IMG/VR virus record: IMGVR_UViG_2778261036_000014
Length of the DNA stretch: 22,388 nucleotides
Strand: one strand, 5' to 3'
DNA from: a virus
Lineage: Duplodnaviria > Heunggongvirae > Uroviricota > Caudoviricetes
The notes beneath the pieces were generated by a model. The model had not been told where the DNA came from. It saw only the letters and a program-made list of their open reading frames with translations, and ran no database searches. The position numbers and the translations under genes are program-made. Numbering within the stretch: the stretch's first letter is position 1; each line of letters begins with the position of its first letter. Shown here piece after piece: positions 8,475-18,813 of this stretch.

Positions 8475-9550
8475 GTGATTTCCCCCACGGTCAGCAACTC
8501 TGTATCTCCGGCCATCACGGACTTCAGCGGGCTGCGAACTTCAAAATCCTCCAGTCCTTTCACCCCTGCAACAGCCCGCCAGAATGATGAAGGCAATACA
8601 AGTCCACCCGGCCGCGATTCGTTATAAAGCAGGTCTGTTAATGCCTGTTTTACGGCAGCCTGATTTTCCGGCGTTTTGGGTACAATCCTGATCTCAAACG
8701 CCACCGGCTTATTGGTCAGCTTAAACACGCTGATTGTCGGCCCAAGTGGCTGACCAACGGGCTGGCCCGTCGCCGGATCATCATGACTGCGGATATAATC
8801 CGCCACCCGCTTCACATCACCTTCTCCGGGGAAAATGTCAGGGTTATTATCCTGAACAAAAGTCACACCAACACTACCCGCCTCAGGCCATTCAGGCTTA
8901 CACCATGCCCGCGTCACGCCCGGTACTTCCCGTGCCCAGCGTTCAAAATCATACTGTGTTCCCCCTGATGGCGGGTTCTGTACCCGGAATACCAGCCTGG
9001 ACAGCAACTCCGGCACCGTTTCCACATCCGCACCACCGGTGAGTCCCGTGCCGGTGACCGTGGCTGTCTGGTTGATGCCCGCCTGTGGCGTGATAAAGGA
9101 CAGGCGGGTTCCGGTCGGGGTATTTCCAGCGCGCCCCGCACTTTCCGCCTCCACATTAACATTCAGTGTTCCGGCTTTTCCGGTCGCAGAGCCGGTGATG
9201 CGGTACACAACCCCATCGCTTCGCTGAAGGAGTACGCCTTCCGTGATCCCTGCATCCGTGGTCAGCATCAGTTGTACCGGTCCGTCAGCGCGGGAAGCCG
9301 GTTTACGGATGACACCCCAGAATGCGCAGTGTTTCAGGAGTTCGGCTTCATCAGCTTCTGTCGGAATTATCTGCCGGGAGATCCAGGCCAGATGTTCATG
9401 CTCCTGTGCTGACAGACCCGCCAGTGCATACGCAATGGCATTCAGGGTGGTTTCATTCACGCCCGGCTGCGAACCGGGCAGGCGCTGGCTGATATCCTGT
9501 TGTGTCTGTGTGATCAGTTGCGCCAGTGGTAAGGGCTGATAAGGCATCAT
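8465..9550 (-). CDS. Baseplate J-like protein (Mu gp47-like)
   Basis: 361 aa; position and size as in Mu; ATGA overlap with the upstream gene. Confidence 0.7.
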   Translation of the reverse strand: MMPYQPLPLAQLITQTQQDISQRLPGSQPGVNETTLNAIAYALAGLSAQEHEHLAWISRQIIPTEADEAELLKHCAFWGVIRKPASRADGPVQLMLTTDAGITEGVLLQRSDGVVYRITGSATGKAGTLNVNVEAESAGRAGNTPTGTRLSFITPQAGINQTATVTGTGLTGGADVETVPELLSRLVFRVQNPPSGGTQYDFERWAREVPGVTRAWCKPEWPEAGSVGVTFVQDNNPDIFPGEGDVKRVADYIRSHDDPATGQPVGQPLGPTISVFKLTNKPVAFEIRIVPKTPENQAAVKQALTDLLYNESRPGGLVLPSSFWRAVAGVKGLEDFEVRSPLKSVMAGDTELLTVGEITWL

Positions 9551-9984
9551 TCCCCCTTCATATCAGCATAAAAAATCATCGGATGTCTGCTTCCGTCCGG
9601 CAGGGTGATTTTCACGGAAAGCGAAAGGCGAGCATGCCCCACACGCATGGCATGACATACCACGGATGTGGCAGCACCGCTTTTATGCAGCCACGCCAGC
9701 GCTTCATCAGCATAGGCCTGTGCACGGCTGACCACGGAGGACAGCGTCTTTTCACGGCTTAACAGCCAGAGACGGGAGCCAACGGGGCGCTCCCGGAAAC
9801 TGTCTCCCCACCATCCCCGACGGTCACGGGTGCCGTCAGGGATTTCATCGGAATCCAGCGCCCGCCTGTCCGTAAACAGTGAAATAATGACCGCAGTCAG
9901 CAGGCTGTTATCCGTCAGAAGATCTGCGCCGTTCAGTTGCAGGGAACCGCAACCCTGATCCCAGACGACAGCAATATCAGCCAT
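9547..9984 (-). CDS. Baseplate wedge protein (Mu gp46 / GPW-gp25-like)
   Basis: Internal ATG at 9982-9984 (MADIAVVWDQ...) overlaps the stop of the upstream gene; about 145 aa as expected for this family. The longer ORF-track start at 10197 would overlap the upstream gene extensively. Confidence 0.65.
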   Translation of the reverse strand: MADIAVVWDQGCGSLQLNGADLLTDNSLLTAVIISLFTDRRALDSDEIPDGTRDRRGWWGDSFRERPVGSRLWLLSREKTLSSVVSRAQAYADEALAWLHKSGAATSVVCHAMRVGHARLSLSVKITLPDGSRHPMIFYADMKGE

Positions 9985-10591
9985 TCTCTGGTCCTCCCGT
10001 TTTGCTGCCTTCACCGTTATCGTGATGCACATGACCTGAATAGGTGATCCCGGCAATAACCGCTTCGGACATCGTGAACGTCCCCTGTGATCTTCCGGTG
10101 CCGTCAATGGACACATTGCCTTTGACATGCAGGTTCTTATCCACTGTGACATTACCGGTAAAGTGAGCCTCCGGTGTATCCACCTGAACACCTTCATCGG
10201 CGTAAATCTCCAGCGTCTTACAGGTCACAATGATCCGGCCGTTCTTTGTCAGACGTATACGGTGCCCCTCATGGTGATACACGCCGGTATCTCCGGCGGT
10301 AAGTCCGGTCGGGCGACTGCGGCGGTCTTCCACCACAAGCACCACGGCCTGATCCCGTTGTCCGCCAGCACAGGCCAGAAAAACTTCCGCACCAGGCAGG
10401 GGGACGCTGATTTGCCCGTACTGCTGGGGGCGTTCAACGTCATCAAAGGTTTCACCATCCATACCGGTGATTTGCACATTCTGGATTTTCAGCGTGTCCG
10501 TTGTGCCGGTCAGTACACCACGCCCGAACAGCAGACGAACACCCCGCATCACGGGGGCCAGAAGGCGGCTGATGACTTCGTCATTCATCAT
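9977..10591 (-). CDS. Baseplate assembly/spike protein (Mu gp45 / gpV-like)
   Basis: 204 aa with Gly-rich C-terminal region; position as in Mu. Confidence 0.65.
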   Translation of the reverse strand: MMNDEVISRLLAPVMRGVRLLFGRGVLTGTTDTLKIQNVQITGMDGETFDDVERPQQYGQISVPLPGAEVFLACAGGQRDQAVVLVVEDRRSRPTGLTAGDTGVYHHEGHRIRLTKNGRIIVTCKTLEIYADEGVQVDTPEAHFTGNVTVDKNLHVKGNVSIDGTGRSQGTFTMSEAVIAGITYSGHVHHDNGEGSKTGGPENG

Positions 10592-11705
10592 TGAATTTAA
10601 TCCCCTGTTTTTTCATCTGTGCCCGCACGAAGGCGTCCACGTCACCCGCATTTCCGCTTCCGCTGTTTCCCGGCTCTGCCGGAACAATAAAGCCGTCACG
10701 GGGTGCCAGAATCAGACGGGTGGTTTCGCCGTGATTTGCATCCAGCGAAAACTCCACCTGACAGACAAGAAGATCACGCTCTTCCACTCCGGTGCGGGGA
10801 GCCGTGACAGCCGTCAGCAGGTTGATATCCCACAACTGGCCGTTCTCCCGAAACCAGTGCCGCACGGTGGCTGTCAGGCGCACAGAGCGGGCAACCGCCC
10901 GGCGCATTTCCCGGACAGCCCTCTGGCGTGCACCGTCTGCATCAACAGCATGATCCGCCAGCACAATTTTCGGTCTGTAACGGTGGATGGCACTGTCTGT
11001 CACCGTACCAACGGGTGCGGCCAGCGTTCCGGCTGTCAGTGCATCCCCGGCATGACCACCACCACGCCCGTGCCCCCGTACACGGTATTCACTGTGGCGC
11101 AGACGGTGATCCACGTTGTGATCCAAATCCAGCAGATTTTCGCCCAGCGTCAGCGTGTCGCCACGCTGACTGCCGGCCTGAGTGAAAACCAGTTCACCGG
11201 CGGCATTACTGGTTACCAGGACGCCTCTGTGTCTCGCGGCCCGTGTCAGCGCATCTGCCACGGTTTCTGAGTTTTCCAGTGTGAAGGTGGAAAAGGGCCG
11301 GGCTGCCGTTGCATCATTTACCTGCCAGCGCACCGTGACCCCGAACGGAGCACACAAATCTGAAGCAATGTGCTCCAGCGTGCGGTTCCTCCACTGGCTG
11401 CCCGGATGAATGGCTGAACAGTCCACCAGGTCACCGGTTTTATCCCGTCCGCTGAGCGTGATCTGAAAACGCGTGGCGCTGATGCGCTGCCGGACCTGAT
11501 CCAGCCAGCCAGTGATCACAGGCTGACCGTCAATGCGCAATTCCAGAGACTGACCGGCACGGACGGATGACGGAAGGCGTACACCGGGCATCATTACCCC
11601 CAGTTCAAAGGAGCCCGCCAGATGTTCAAGAGAGCGACGAACACTCACCGTCAGCCAGCCGGAAAAAATCTCACCGCCCAGATACAGTTCAACCCTGCTG
11701 CTCAC
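10581..11705 (-). CDS. Mu P-like baseplate hub / late-control-D-like protein (gp44)
   Basis: 374 aa; size and position parallel Mu P. Confidence 0.65.
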   Translation of the reverse strand: MSSRVELYLGGEIFSGWLTVSVRRSLEHLAGSFELGVMMPGVRLPSSVRAGQSLELRIDGQPVITGWLDQVRQRISATRFQITLSGRDKTGDLVDCSAIHPGSQWRNRTLEHIASDLCAPFGVTVRWQVNDATAARPFSTFTLENSETVADALTRAARHRGVLVTSNAAGELVFTQAGSQRGDTLTLGENLLDLDHNVDHRLRHSEYRVRGHGRGGGHAGDALTAGTLAAPVGTVTDSAIHRYRPKIVLADHAVDADGARQRAVREMRRAVARSVRLTATVRHWFRENGQLWDINLLTAVTAPRTGVEERDLLVCQVEFSLDANHGETTRLILAPRDGFIVPAEPGNSGSGNAGDVDAFVRAQMKKQGIKFNDE

Positions 11706-13059
11706 TAATCACCTCCACTGAATGGCCTCCGGGAATGAACAGCGGATCAACAATACCGTTACGGCGCACAAAACGTTGCCAGCCGGTACTGTTCCCGGTG
11801 GCACGGTACAGGGTCACCAGTGCAGGCTCGGTGGTACGTACAGTCACTACTGTTGCACCGGGTAGCTGAACTCCCCGTGTATTCAGATCCTCTGTCAGTG
11901 CCAGTCTGGCATCACGAAGCGTCAGCGCCGTGGCGGTATACCCCTGCCCGGACAGTGTCATCACCTGCCGTTCGAGCGCTTCGCTTAAGTCACGGTTAAT
12001 GCGCTGAAGATCAACTGAACTTTCCAGCCAGACAGGCCAGGTACGGTGGGCTGCGTCACTGTCCGGCAGGGTTTCCTGACTGAGAACCTGATCCAGCAGT
12101 TTTCCCACGGTCTGTGCCTGGGCCACCACGGCAGCACTCTGCATTACCGCCCGTATCAGACGAATATTCTTTTGTGCTGCCGGTGTCAGACCGATGAGAG
12201 TCTGCGGATTATCCTGCTCATCCAGCACGTAACGCAGGGAAGATAATGTCCTGTACAGTTGCGGCATTCCCTGAGAGAAGGCGGATGTCGTCCGGCCGAT
12301 ACTGCCACCGGGCCGGGTATTCAGGCCTCCTGAAGACAGTGACGGCAGCGATGGCAGGGTGATCAGGGCACTGAAAAGCCCCGCAAAAGATGAGGCCATG
12401 CGGGAAGGTGCTGTCAGTAATGCCGTGGCATTCCCTTTCAGCGCCGTGAACGTGGCAGTAAAGGCACTGATATCCTGTACAATCCCCATGCCGGAAACGG
12501 CATTTTCCAGGGCGGACACCTTATCGCTGATGGTTTCGGTCATTGCCTGGACATCGTGCATTCCGTCAGAAATCACCGTCCAGCCCGCTTCCAGGGTTTC
12601 AAAAACCTTCCCGAGCGCGGTGGTACTCTTCTGCTCCAGAATGGCGGCCGTGTCCTGTGTGACAGCAGGTGCGGTATCATCACTTACCGGCGTGACATTA
12701 ATGGTGAACTCAACCACGCCCTGTTCAGCAGCGTTATAACGACTTTCAAAGCTGTTTATCAGCACATTTAACGTGCCGTAATCCGGGTGAAGCAGCTCCC
12801 CGGCACCGGGAGCACGAAGGGCATCACGCAGACGATTTCGCTGTGTCTGAACATCATCCCCCATCACAAGTACACTGAACGTAAATTCAGCCAGTTTAGG
12901 TCCCAGATCGTCTGCACCACCGGTTTCCCGTAACGGATATTCCCGACGGACAATGTTTCGCCCGCCACGTTCGCGCTGCTCACGCCAGACGAGGAACGGC
13001 ACACCACGGAACGCACCACGACCGTCACCAGAGGCCATAATTCCCTCCGTTCCAGACAT
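11689..13059 (-). CDS. Mu N-like DNA circularisation protein (gp43)
   Basis: 456 aa immediately downstream of the tape measure gene, as in Mu. Start could be 13059 or the internal Met at 13038. Confidence 0.65.
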   Translation of the reverse strand: MSGTEGIMASGDGRGAFRGVPFLVWREQRERGGRNIVRREYPLRETGGADDLGPKLAEFTFSVLVMGDDVQTQRNRLRDALRAPGAGELLHPDYGTLNVLINSFESRYNAAEQGVVEFTINVTPVSDDTAPAVTQDTAAILEQKSTTALGKVFETLEAGWTVISDGMHDVQAMTETISDKVSALENAVSGMGIVQDISAFTATFTALKGNATALLTAPSRMASSFAGLFSALITLPSLPSLSSGGLNTRPGGSIGRTTSAFSQGMPQLYRTLSSLRYVLDEQDNPQTLIGLTPAAQKNIRLIRAVMQSAAVVAQAQTVGKLLDQVLSQETLPDSDAAHRTWPVWLESSVDLQRINRDLSEALERQVMTLSGQGYTATALTLRDARLALTEDLNTRGVQLPGATVVTVRTTEPALVTLYRATGNSTGWQRFVRRNGIVDPLFIPGGHSVEVISEQQG

Positions 13060-15100
13060 TCACATCCAGTCCGTGACCGGACGTGTCATCAATATCAATA
13101 CTGCGAGCCTGCCACCCTTCCGGGGCAACCAGCTCCACACGGGCAGAGGCTTTTTGTACCGCCTGTCCACTGCTTTCATCATCACTGCCCCGTAATTTCT
13201 GCCAGGCTTCAGTCAGCCATCCCCCCAGATAGTTACCGAGATAGCTGCCCACCGTAGAACCAATGGCAATCCCCACAGGTCCGGCTGCCGCCCCCAGCGC
13301 ACCACCGGCAATACTGCCTGCAAGAGAGCCGACCGCTTCTCCCTTGTCTGTGGCACTGGCGCTGCCATCCAGCAGAACCGGGGCTGCCATCGCGCCAGCC
13401 CACAGGGCACCTCCACCCAGCCGGCCGGCCAGTCCACCGGCACTGCGGAAAAAGCCGGAGAAACGCCCCAGCCCCATGCGGCTACCGACAGACGAAAGTA
13501 ACCCACCGGCGCGCCCCATCATGCGCCCCCAGAACCCTGCCCCACCAGAAGAGGGAGACGGTGGCACTGGGGACGGTGGCAGGGGAGGCGTGACCGGTCT
13601 TCCGCGCCCCGGTCCGCGTTTCCTGCGGCCCCGCCCCTGACGTCCGCCTGAGGATGTATCGGTCGCGCCGGTGCCGGACAGTCCTCCTGTGGGCCAGTTT
13701 GTTACAAGTACTGGCTGAACGGCTGCCGGATTTACCCCGGTAAGAAAGTTTATAAAACGTTGCCCTCGTCCCTGAGATGTGCCTGGTGGTGTTCCGGCCG
13801 GAGGAGAGCGCCGGAAAGGTGAGGTCAGGAAGGCCGCCGCTGATAATCCGTATCCCAGCAATGCAGCACCCGGACGTATAATCCCCGTTCCGACAGCCCG
13901 CGCCATTTTCAGGGCACGGGTGGCGAGATACATGTACAGCAGGTATTTCGCGGCGGTCTGTGCCCCCTGACCAATGCGATCCAGCGCATCACCATAGCCC
14001 GCATCCCGCAGAGCCTGAAGCGTGTCGCGTACCTTTCTGATCGCCTGATAAAACCCAGTCACTGCATCACGGGCATACTCAAAGCCCTGGTTCATGGCTG
14101 ATGCCGTGCTTTCCGCCAGGGAATGGTAACTGCCATCAGATTTGGCACTGTCAACCCATGAAAGAAATCCCCTGAGATTACCCTTCAGTTTTTCAAATGG
14201 CCCACTGTCCATCACATCCCGGGCAAACTGGTCCCAGACGTCACCCATCATGGCCGTCAGGCCACTCCAGGAATTCATTGCGTCCTTTTGTGCTCCCCTG
14301 GCCTGTTCCGCCAGCGTCTGAAATAACAGGCGAATACTGTCCGGCCCAAGCAGCCCTTTTTCACCAAGTTTTCTGACCACTTTCTGGTCCACACCCAGAC
14401 GATCAGCCAGCACGCGGTAGGCATTAATGCCGTAGGTGGCAAGAATATTTGCATCCGCCGCCTGAATACTGCCTCTTGCATACATCTGTTTCAGTTGCAG
14501 GGATGCCCCCTGTGCATCGGACAGTGACCAGCCGCCCACGGCACCCTGATCCTGAAGCATGGTGACAAAATTTCGGGCCTCCCTGTCACTCATACCAAAG
14601 CCCAGACTGGACGTATATTCCTGCATGACGCCAGCCAGCCCCCAGGTGGTTTCCTTCGCATTCTGTATTGCCCACCTGCGGACATCATCAGTTTTCGCCC
14701 GATCCCCTTTGTAAAGGGAGTTCAGGCGAATCATATAGGTTTCCATCTCCGCTGCCGGGCGAATAAATCCCCGGTTAAAGCCATATACAGCAGCACCACC
14801 GGCCAGCATTCCGTAAAGATTGCTGATCCGCCCGATGGTGCCGGTAATACTGCCCTGAAGACGGTCAAAATCAGAAGTGACATGGCGGATACTGCCCCGC
14901 ACCCCGGCCAGCGTGCGCTGCATCCTGCTTCCGAGTACATCTGTTTCCTGCCCGGCACGGCGGGCAGCATTTCCCAGGCCACCCAGCCCCGCCTGGCCGG
15001 AGCGTGAGAATGCCCCCAGCTCCTGTGACCACTGGCGGGATTTGGCTGAGATATTGCCGAGCAAATCAACTATCAGAGATGCTCTGAGATTTCGGGCCAT
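13025..15100 (-). CDS. Tail tape measure protein
   Basis: 691 aa; long helical N-terminal region and Gly/Pro-rich C-terminal region (PPLPPSPVPPSPSSGGAG...); lies between the chaperone-like ORF and the baseplate genes. Confidence 0.8.
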   Translation of the reverse strand: MARNLRASLIVDLLGNISAKSRQWSQELGAFSRSGQAGLGGLGNAARRAGQETDVLGSRMQRTLAGVRGSIRHVTSDFDRLQGSITGTIGRISNLYGMLAGGAAVYGFNRGFIRPAAEMETYMIRLNSLYKGDRAKTDDVRRWAIQNAKETTWGLAGVMQEYTSSLGFGMSDREARNFVTMLQDQGAVGGWSLSDAQGASLQLKQMYARGSIQAADANILATYGINAYRVLADRLGVDQKVVRKLGEKGLLGPDSIRLLFQTLAEQARGAQKDAMNSWSGLTAMMGDVWDQFARDVMDSGPFEKLKGNLRGFLSWVDSAKSDGSYHSLAESTASAMNQGFEYARDAVTGFYQAIRKVRDTLQALRDAGYGDALDRIGQGAQTAAKYLLYMYLATRALKMARAVGTGIIRPGAALLGYGLSAAAFLTSPFRRSPPAGTPPGTSQGRGQRFINFLTGVNPAAVQPVLVTNWPTGGLSGTGATDTSSGGRQGRGRRKRGPGRGRPVTPPLPPSPVPPSPSSGGAGFWGRMMGRAGGLLSSVGSRMGLGRFSGFFRSAGGLAGRLGGGALWAGAMAAPVLLDGSASATDKGEAVGSLAGSIAGGALGAAAGPVGIAIGSTVGSYLGNYLGGWLTEAWQKLRGSDDESSGQAVQKASARVELVAPEGWQARSIDIDDTSGHGLDVNVWNGGNYGLW

Positions 15101-15102
15101 AC

Positions 15103-15285
15103 TTACTGCTTCGTTCTGATGATTTTTTCTGTCTGTCGGCAGTGCCGGTAAAGTTGCGACAGGGGGAGGTTAAGCGCCCATTCCGGACCGCTTTTTGTCA
15201 CCATCCCCAGGATAATTGCCGCTTCTTCAATCTGATCCCGACACTGCGCCTGATCGCCCCCGGTCAGCTGCCAGCTTTCCGGCAA
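15103..15285 (-). CDS. Open frame overlapping the 3' end of the chaperone-like gene in the +1 frame and ending 2 nt before the tape measure ATG; possible frameshift extension
   Basis: No ATG start (ORF track begins at a TTG); overlap of about 58 nt with the upstream gene; stop TAA at 15103-15105 and tape measure ATG at 15098-15100. Confidence 0.3.
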   Translation of the reverse strand: MPESWQLTGGDQAQCRDQIEEAAIILGMVTKSGPEWALNLPLSQLYRHCRQTEKIIRTKQ

Positions 15286-15721
15286 GCGCGGTATCCAGCA
15301 GGCTGACCGCTGCCATCAGGCGGGAGAGATCGCGCTCGCTTAACTGTCCAATCTGACGGGGTGACAACGGACCTTCAATGTCTCCCACTGCGGCAATCTG
15401 ACGGCGCAGCAGTGCAACACCGCGTAACGACGGAGACGCTATCAGCATCGGGCCATTGTTTGTCTCCACCACGCGCTCGGCTTCTGCTTCTGCGTCAATA
15501 CTGTCTTTCGCTGTCAGTTCCCGGAACGTGACACGATATTCACGGGTCTCACCAAACGGCAGACCATCAAGCAGATCCACATATCCCTTTGCCAGTTGCT
15601 CTGTCAGCCCGGCAGTGCGTGGATCAGCCCCCTCAAGTGCTTCCCGGATTGCCTCCATCACGGCTGCCTCGGAAACTGCCGTTTTTTTCTTACGTGTGGT
15701 CATTTTATTTTTCCTGATCAC
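15227..15721 (-). CDS. Mu gp41-like protein, probable tail assembly chaperone
   Basis: 164 aa located between the tail tube and tape measure genes; ATGA overlap with the tube gene stop. Confidence 0.55.
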   Translation of the reverse strand: MIRKNKMTTRKKKTAVSEAAVMEAIREALEGADPRTAGLTEQLAKGYVDLLDGLPFGETREYRVTFRELTAKDSIDAEAEAERVVETNNGPMLIASPSLRGVALLRRQIAAVGDIEGPLSPRQIGQLSERDLSRLMAAVSLLDTALAGKLAADRGRSGAVSGSD

Positions 15722-16083
15722 TGAACACGGGTACTGGAGGCGCTGGCGAACTTCACGGAGATCTCCCCGCCACCGTCAAGCGAGGCCGGTTCACTGCTCC
15801 AGGCCTTCGTCATCATGTGGACTTCGCCGGTATCCGCCACAAACTCGATAGTGACCGCAGTCCAGTTGTTGATTTCATCGGCGGCTGGTGAACCTTCTCC
15901 GCCTGCCGGAAATTTGCAGTCCAGCGTCGCTTCACGTGGTTTCTGGCGGTAACCATAGACTTTCGCGCCTTTCACCACTTCACGTTCAAAACCAGACGGA
16001 GAAAATGTAGCCCCCTCAAGCGTCTCGTATTCCTGACCGTTCACACGGATAGTGGCCGTACCCTGATACTGTTTTCCGCTCAT
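15718..16083 (-). CDS. M: Tail tube protein (Mu M-like)
   Basis: 121 aa directly downstream of the sheath gene; size and position as in Mu M. Confidence 0.75.
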   Translation of the reverse strand: MSGKQYQGTATIRVNGQEYETLEGATFSPSGFEREVVKGAKVYGYRQKPREATLDCKFPAGGEGSPAADEINNWTAVTIEFVADTGEVHMMTKAWSSEPASLDGGGEISVKFASASSTRVQ

Positions 16084-16091
16084 GCCTTACC

Positions 16092-17594
16092 TCACAAAAT
16101 GAAACGGATCTGTGCTGCCAGGAAGCGGAACTGGTTAACCAGATCCGGCGTGCATAACACGTCAAGACGGTTTCGATCTGACGCATTACGCTCCACAAGC
16201 AGATTCTTTTTAAAGGTGTCCAGATTTTCGACCAGCCCGAGTTCCACCCACTCTTCACCCAGCGAAATTAACTGAAGCTTCATGATCTCCGGCGTCACGA
16301 TATTCTGACCGGCACGAACGGGCGTCCCGTCATCAGCCAGTTTATGGCGCGGAAAACGTTGTGTGATAAAAGTACGCAGGGAATAACGCAGCCAGGAGAG
16401 GGTGTAGATGGTTTCCACATCCAGATAGCTGGGATCACTTTCGCCGTACACGTTCTGGCGATACATGGTCACCTGACGTTCGATCTGAACCACATCACCG
16501 GCAGCCACACTGACCGTGGCAATCCCTCCCCACAGCAGACTGTTACGCTCTTCACGCGTCAGACGATCGGCCGGAGCCGGGGCCATGCGTGACGGAAGCG
16601 CCAGCGTCTGAAGCGGACGCGCAGGATCTGCTCCCAGAGAGGGTGCACAGGTGGCACAGACCGCCGCTGCCCAGAGGTAATCCGGTTCAGGGGCTTTGGG
16701 AATGGATGTGCAGGTCGCCAGAAAATCATTGCGTTTTGCCCCGAATGCCTGCACCTCACCAAACGTGCCGGTATGTGCCAGCCACAGCACGCCGTCAGAC
16801 ATTTTGGCCGGTCCCCAGCGTTTCAGAAGCTCATCACTGATGATTTTCAGGTTTGCATCATCCTTATAGGGCATGACGACATAGTTGTACTGGCGATCGC
16901 CCATACCCGCCACGCTTCGGGTGATATCCGGGTTAGCCGCTTTTTGTTTCGGATAGGCTATAGCGACCTGTATTCCTTCCGGGGTTGCTTCCCCGTCGTG
17001 ATAGTTCAGGCGCACATCATGAACGGAGCATTCACCGGTAAAGCGGGCGGTGATCCCCAGAGACCCTTTCAGACCTGCGCCATTATCACCACTTCCTGCA
17101 CCAGAGGAGGCCGTGAAGGGCGCGTCAGGATCGGCATTGATCAGCGCGGCCAGCTCGTCGGTCAGTTCTTTGCCTTTCTTACCTTTTGGTGCCGGGAGTG
17201 TATAACGCCGCCCCCCCACGCAGGCATAAACAATCCCGTCACGGGTGACCGTTCCGGTCAGATTCATGGCCGCAGCCGTTGCCTGTCCGGTGCCGTTCCC
17301 CTGAGCAATGGCATACAGTTCAGCATCAGGATTGATGGCGATAAATTCCGCCACCATCAGGGCAATCATGGAGCCGCGCCCCCAGAGTTCTGTTGCCTGA
17401 GACGCACGGGTGATCCTGACCGGAACATCCAGAACACCGGCACCGTCCACGGCATTCTCTTTCATTCTCGCCTGACCAAACAGCAGCACACACTGACGCT
17501 GTGCCGGAGTGCCGGTGACAGCCATGGAGTTATTAAACTCAACCTCAATCAGCGGTATACGGCGGTCATTACCGATCCCGTCAAAATTAATCAT
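16092..17594 (-). CDS. L: Contractile tail sheath protein (Mu L-like)
   Basis: 500 aa; size and position as in Mu L; starts MINFDGIGND... Confidence 0.8.
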   Translation of the reverse strand: MINFDGIGNDRRIPLIEVEFNNSMAVTGTPAQRQCVLLFGQARMKENAVDGAGVLDVPVRITRASQATELWGRGSMIALMVAEFIAINPDAELYAIAQGNGTGQATAAAMNLTGTVTRDGIVYACVGGRRYTLPAPKGKKGKELTDELAALINADPDAPFTASSGAGSGDNGAGLKGSLGITARFTGECSVHDVRLNYHDGEATPEGIQVAIAYPKQKAANPDITRSVAGMGDRQYNYVVMPYKDDANLKIISDELLKRWGPAKMSDGVLWLAHTGTFGEVQAFGAKRNDFLATCTSIPKAPEPDYLWAAAVCATCAPSLGADPARPLQTLALPSRMAPAPADRLTREERNSLLWGGIATVSVAAGDVVQIERQVTMYRQNVYGESDPSYLDVETIYTLSWLRYSLRTFITQRFPRHKLADDGTPVRAGQNIVTPEIMKLQLISLGEEWVELGLVENLDTFKKNLLVERNASDRNRLDVLCTPDLVNQFRFLAAQIRFIL

Positions 17595-17836
17595 TGCGGT
17601 TTCTCCTTATCGGATGCCGGTTGGGCGACCGGTTTTTCTGTCGCAGTCGTTGCATCCGCAGATACAGCCGGAGCCTCTTCAGCGGCTTTTTCAGCCTGAA
17701 TGACATCGCCGTCATCAAGACGCCGACACCAGAACGGCGTAAAGGGCTTTTCCTCCCCCTCCTGTGCCAGCGGGCGCATTGTGTCGGGATCACGAATCAG
17801 GCGTCCCGGCGCGGGTTTGATAAAGATGGTTTTCAT
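17591..17836 (-). CDS. Small Mu gp38-like protein preceding the sheath gene
   Basis: 81 aa, ATGA-coupled to the sheath gene. Confidence 0.5.
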   Translation of the reverse strand: MKTIFIKPAPGRLIRDPDTMRPLAQEGEEKPFTPFWCRRLDDGDVIQAEKAAEEAPAVSADATTATEKPVAQPASDKEKPQ

Positions 17837-18397
17837 TTACAGTTCCTCCGGCGGTTCGACCGCCGTTGTCGTGTTCCCCGGCAAATCAATATGTGCCTCA
17901 AACGGCGGCGTACCGGGCGGCTCCACAAAGGTTTCGTAATGACGCAGGAAGTCGTCCAGCGAGCTGGTATCGGTCAGCGGTGCGATCATTTCCTCGCAGG
18001 AGAAATAAAGCGCATACATCACCGCACCACTGTCCGCCTGGGTTTCGGTGTAACCGTTGACCGCCTTTTCAAAGTAAAGCGGTGAGGTTTTTTCTGTTCT
18101 GAAGCCGTTAAGCACGGCAATCAGCCGGGCCACAATCTGATACAGTCCGGGACGGCTGGCCTCACGCCCGTTGAGCATGTCGCCGATGACGTAGAACACC
18201 CAGTGACTGACCAGGCGACCACGGGTACGGCCTTCACCGGCACCCAGCCAGGCAACGTAGATCGCCGGGGCGTTAATCAGCATGGTGCGCAGTACGCTGT
18301 CGCTCCAGTCGCCGGGATGCGTGTCAACAGACACCAGTTCATTCCCGAAATACTCACGGATACGGGCGATGTATGCCTGTTCGGTTTCCGTAATCAT
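17837..18397 (-). CDS. Mu gp37-like virion morphogenesis / head-tail joining protein
   Basis: 186 aa; position in the gene order. Confidence 0.55.
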   Translation of the reverse strand: MITETEQAYIARIREYFGNELVSVDTHPGDWSDSVLRTMLINAPAIYVAWLGAGEGRTRGRLVSHWVFYVIGDMLNGREASRPGLYQIVARLIAVLNGFRTEKTSPLYFEKAVNGYTETQADSGAVMYALYFSCEEMIAPLTDTSSLDDFLRHYETFVEPPGTPPFEAHIDLPGNTTTAVEPPEEL

Positions 18398-18813
18398 ATG
18401 AAGCCCTTCTGGTTGCGCCCGAATACCGCTGCATCAGACTGAACCTGTGGTAAATCCCCGGATTCAGGGGCCGCACCGTTCGTATCCACACCGACCGGCA
18501 CATTGCCGTTCATGACATCTTTCAGCCAGGCCAGCGCTTCACGGTAACGGTCACGCGCCTGATCGGAGGCTCGCTGATCGCACAGGTAATAAAAGGCAAT
18601 CGCGCAACAGTGCTGAACAAGAACGGCCGGAATAACCTCCAGCGGCAACGTGTAACGGGCGGACAGATAGCTGTCGATAAGGGCTGACGCATCTGTCAGC
18701 GCCCGGTTCAGCTTGCGCGTGTCCGGCTCATCCGAACGGGGCACAGCCAGTAACGGCCTGAGCAAATCCTCGCGGTAACGCGCCCGCATATCGGTTTCAG
18801 TGGCGTAATTCAT
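18394..18813 (-). CDS. Mu gp36-like head completion protein
   Basis: 139 aa; overlapping-stop coupling to its neighbours. Confidence 0.55.
   Translation of the reverse strand: MNYATETDMRARYREDLLRPLLAVPRSDEPDTRKLNRALTDASALIDSYLSARYTLPLEVIPAVLVQHCCAIAFYYLCDQRASDQARDRYREALAWLKDVMNGNVPVGVDTNGAAPESGDLPQVQSDAAVFGRNQKGFI

Noticed and set aside
10467-11270. 267-aa plus-strand ORF
   Set aside because: Antisense to the P-like baseplate gene; composition-driven open frame.
13263-13640. Pro/Ala-rich 125-aa plus-strand ORF
   Set aside because: Antisense image of the Gly/Pro-rich region of the tape measure gene.
16773-17699. 308-aa plus-strand ORF
   Set aside because: Lies entirely antisense to the tail sheath gene in GC-rich DNA; typical shadow ORF with no RBS context.
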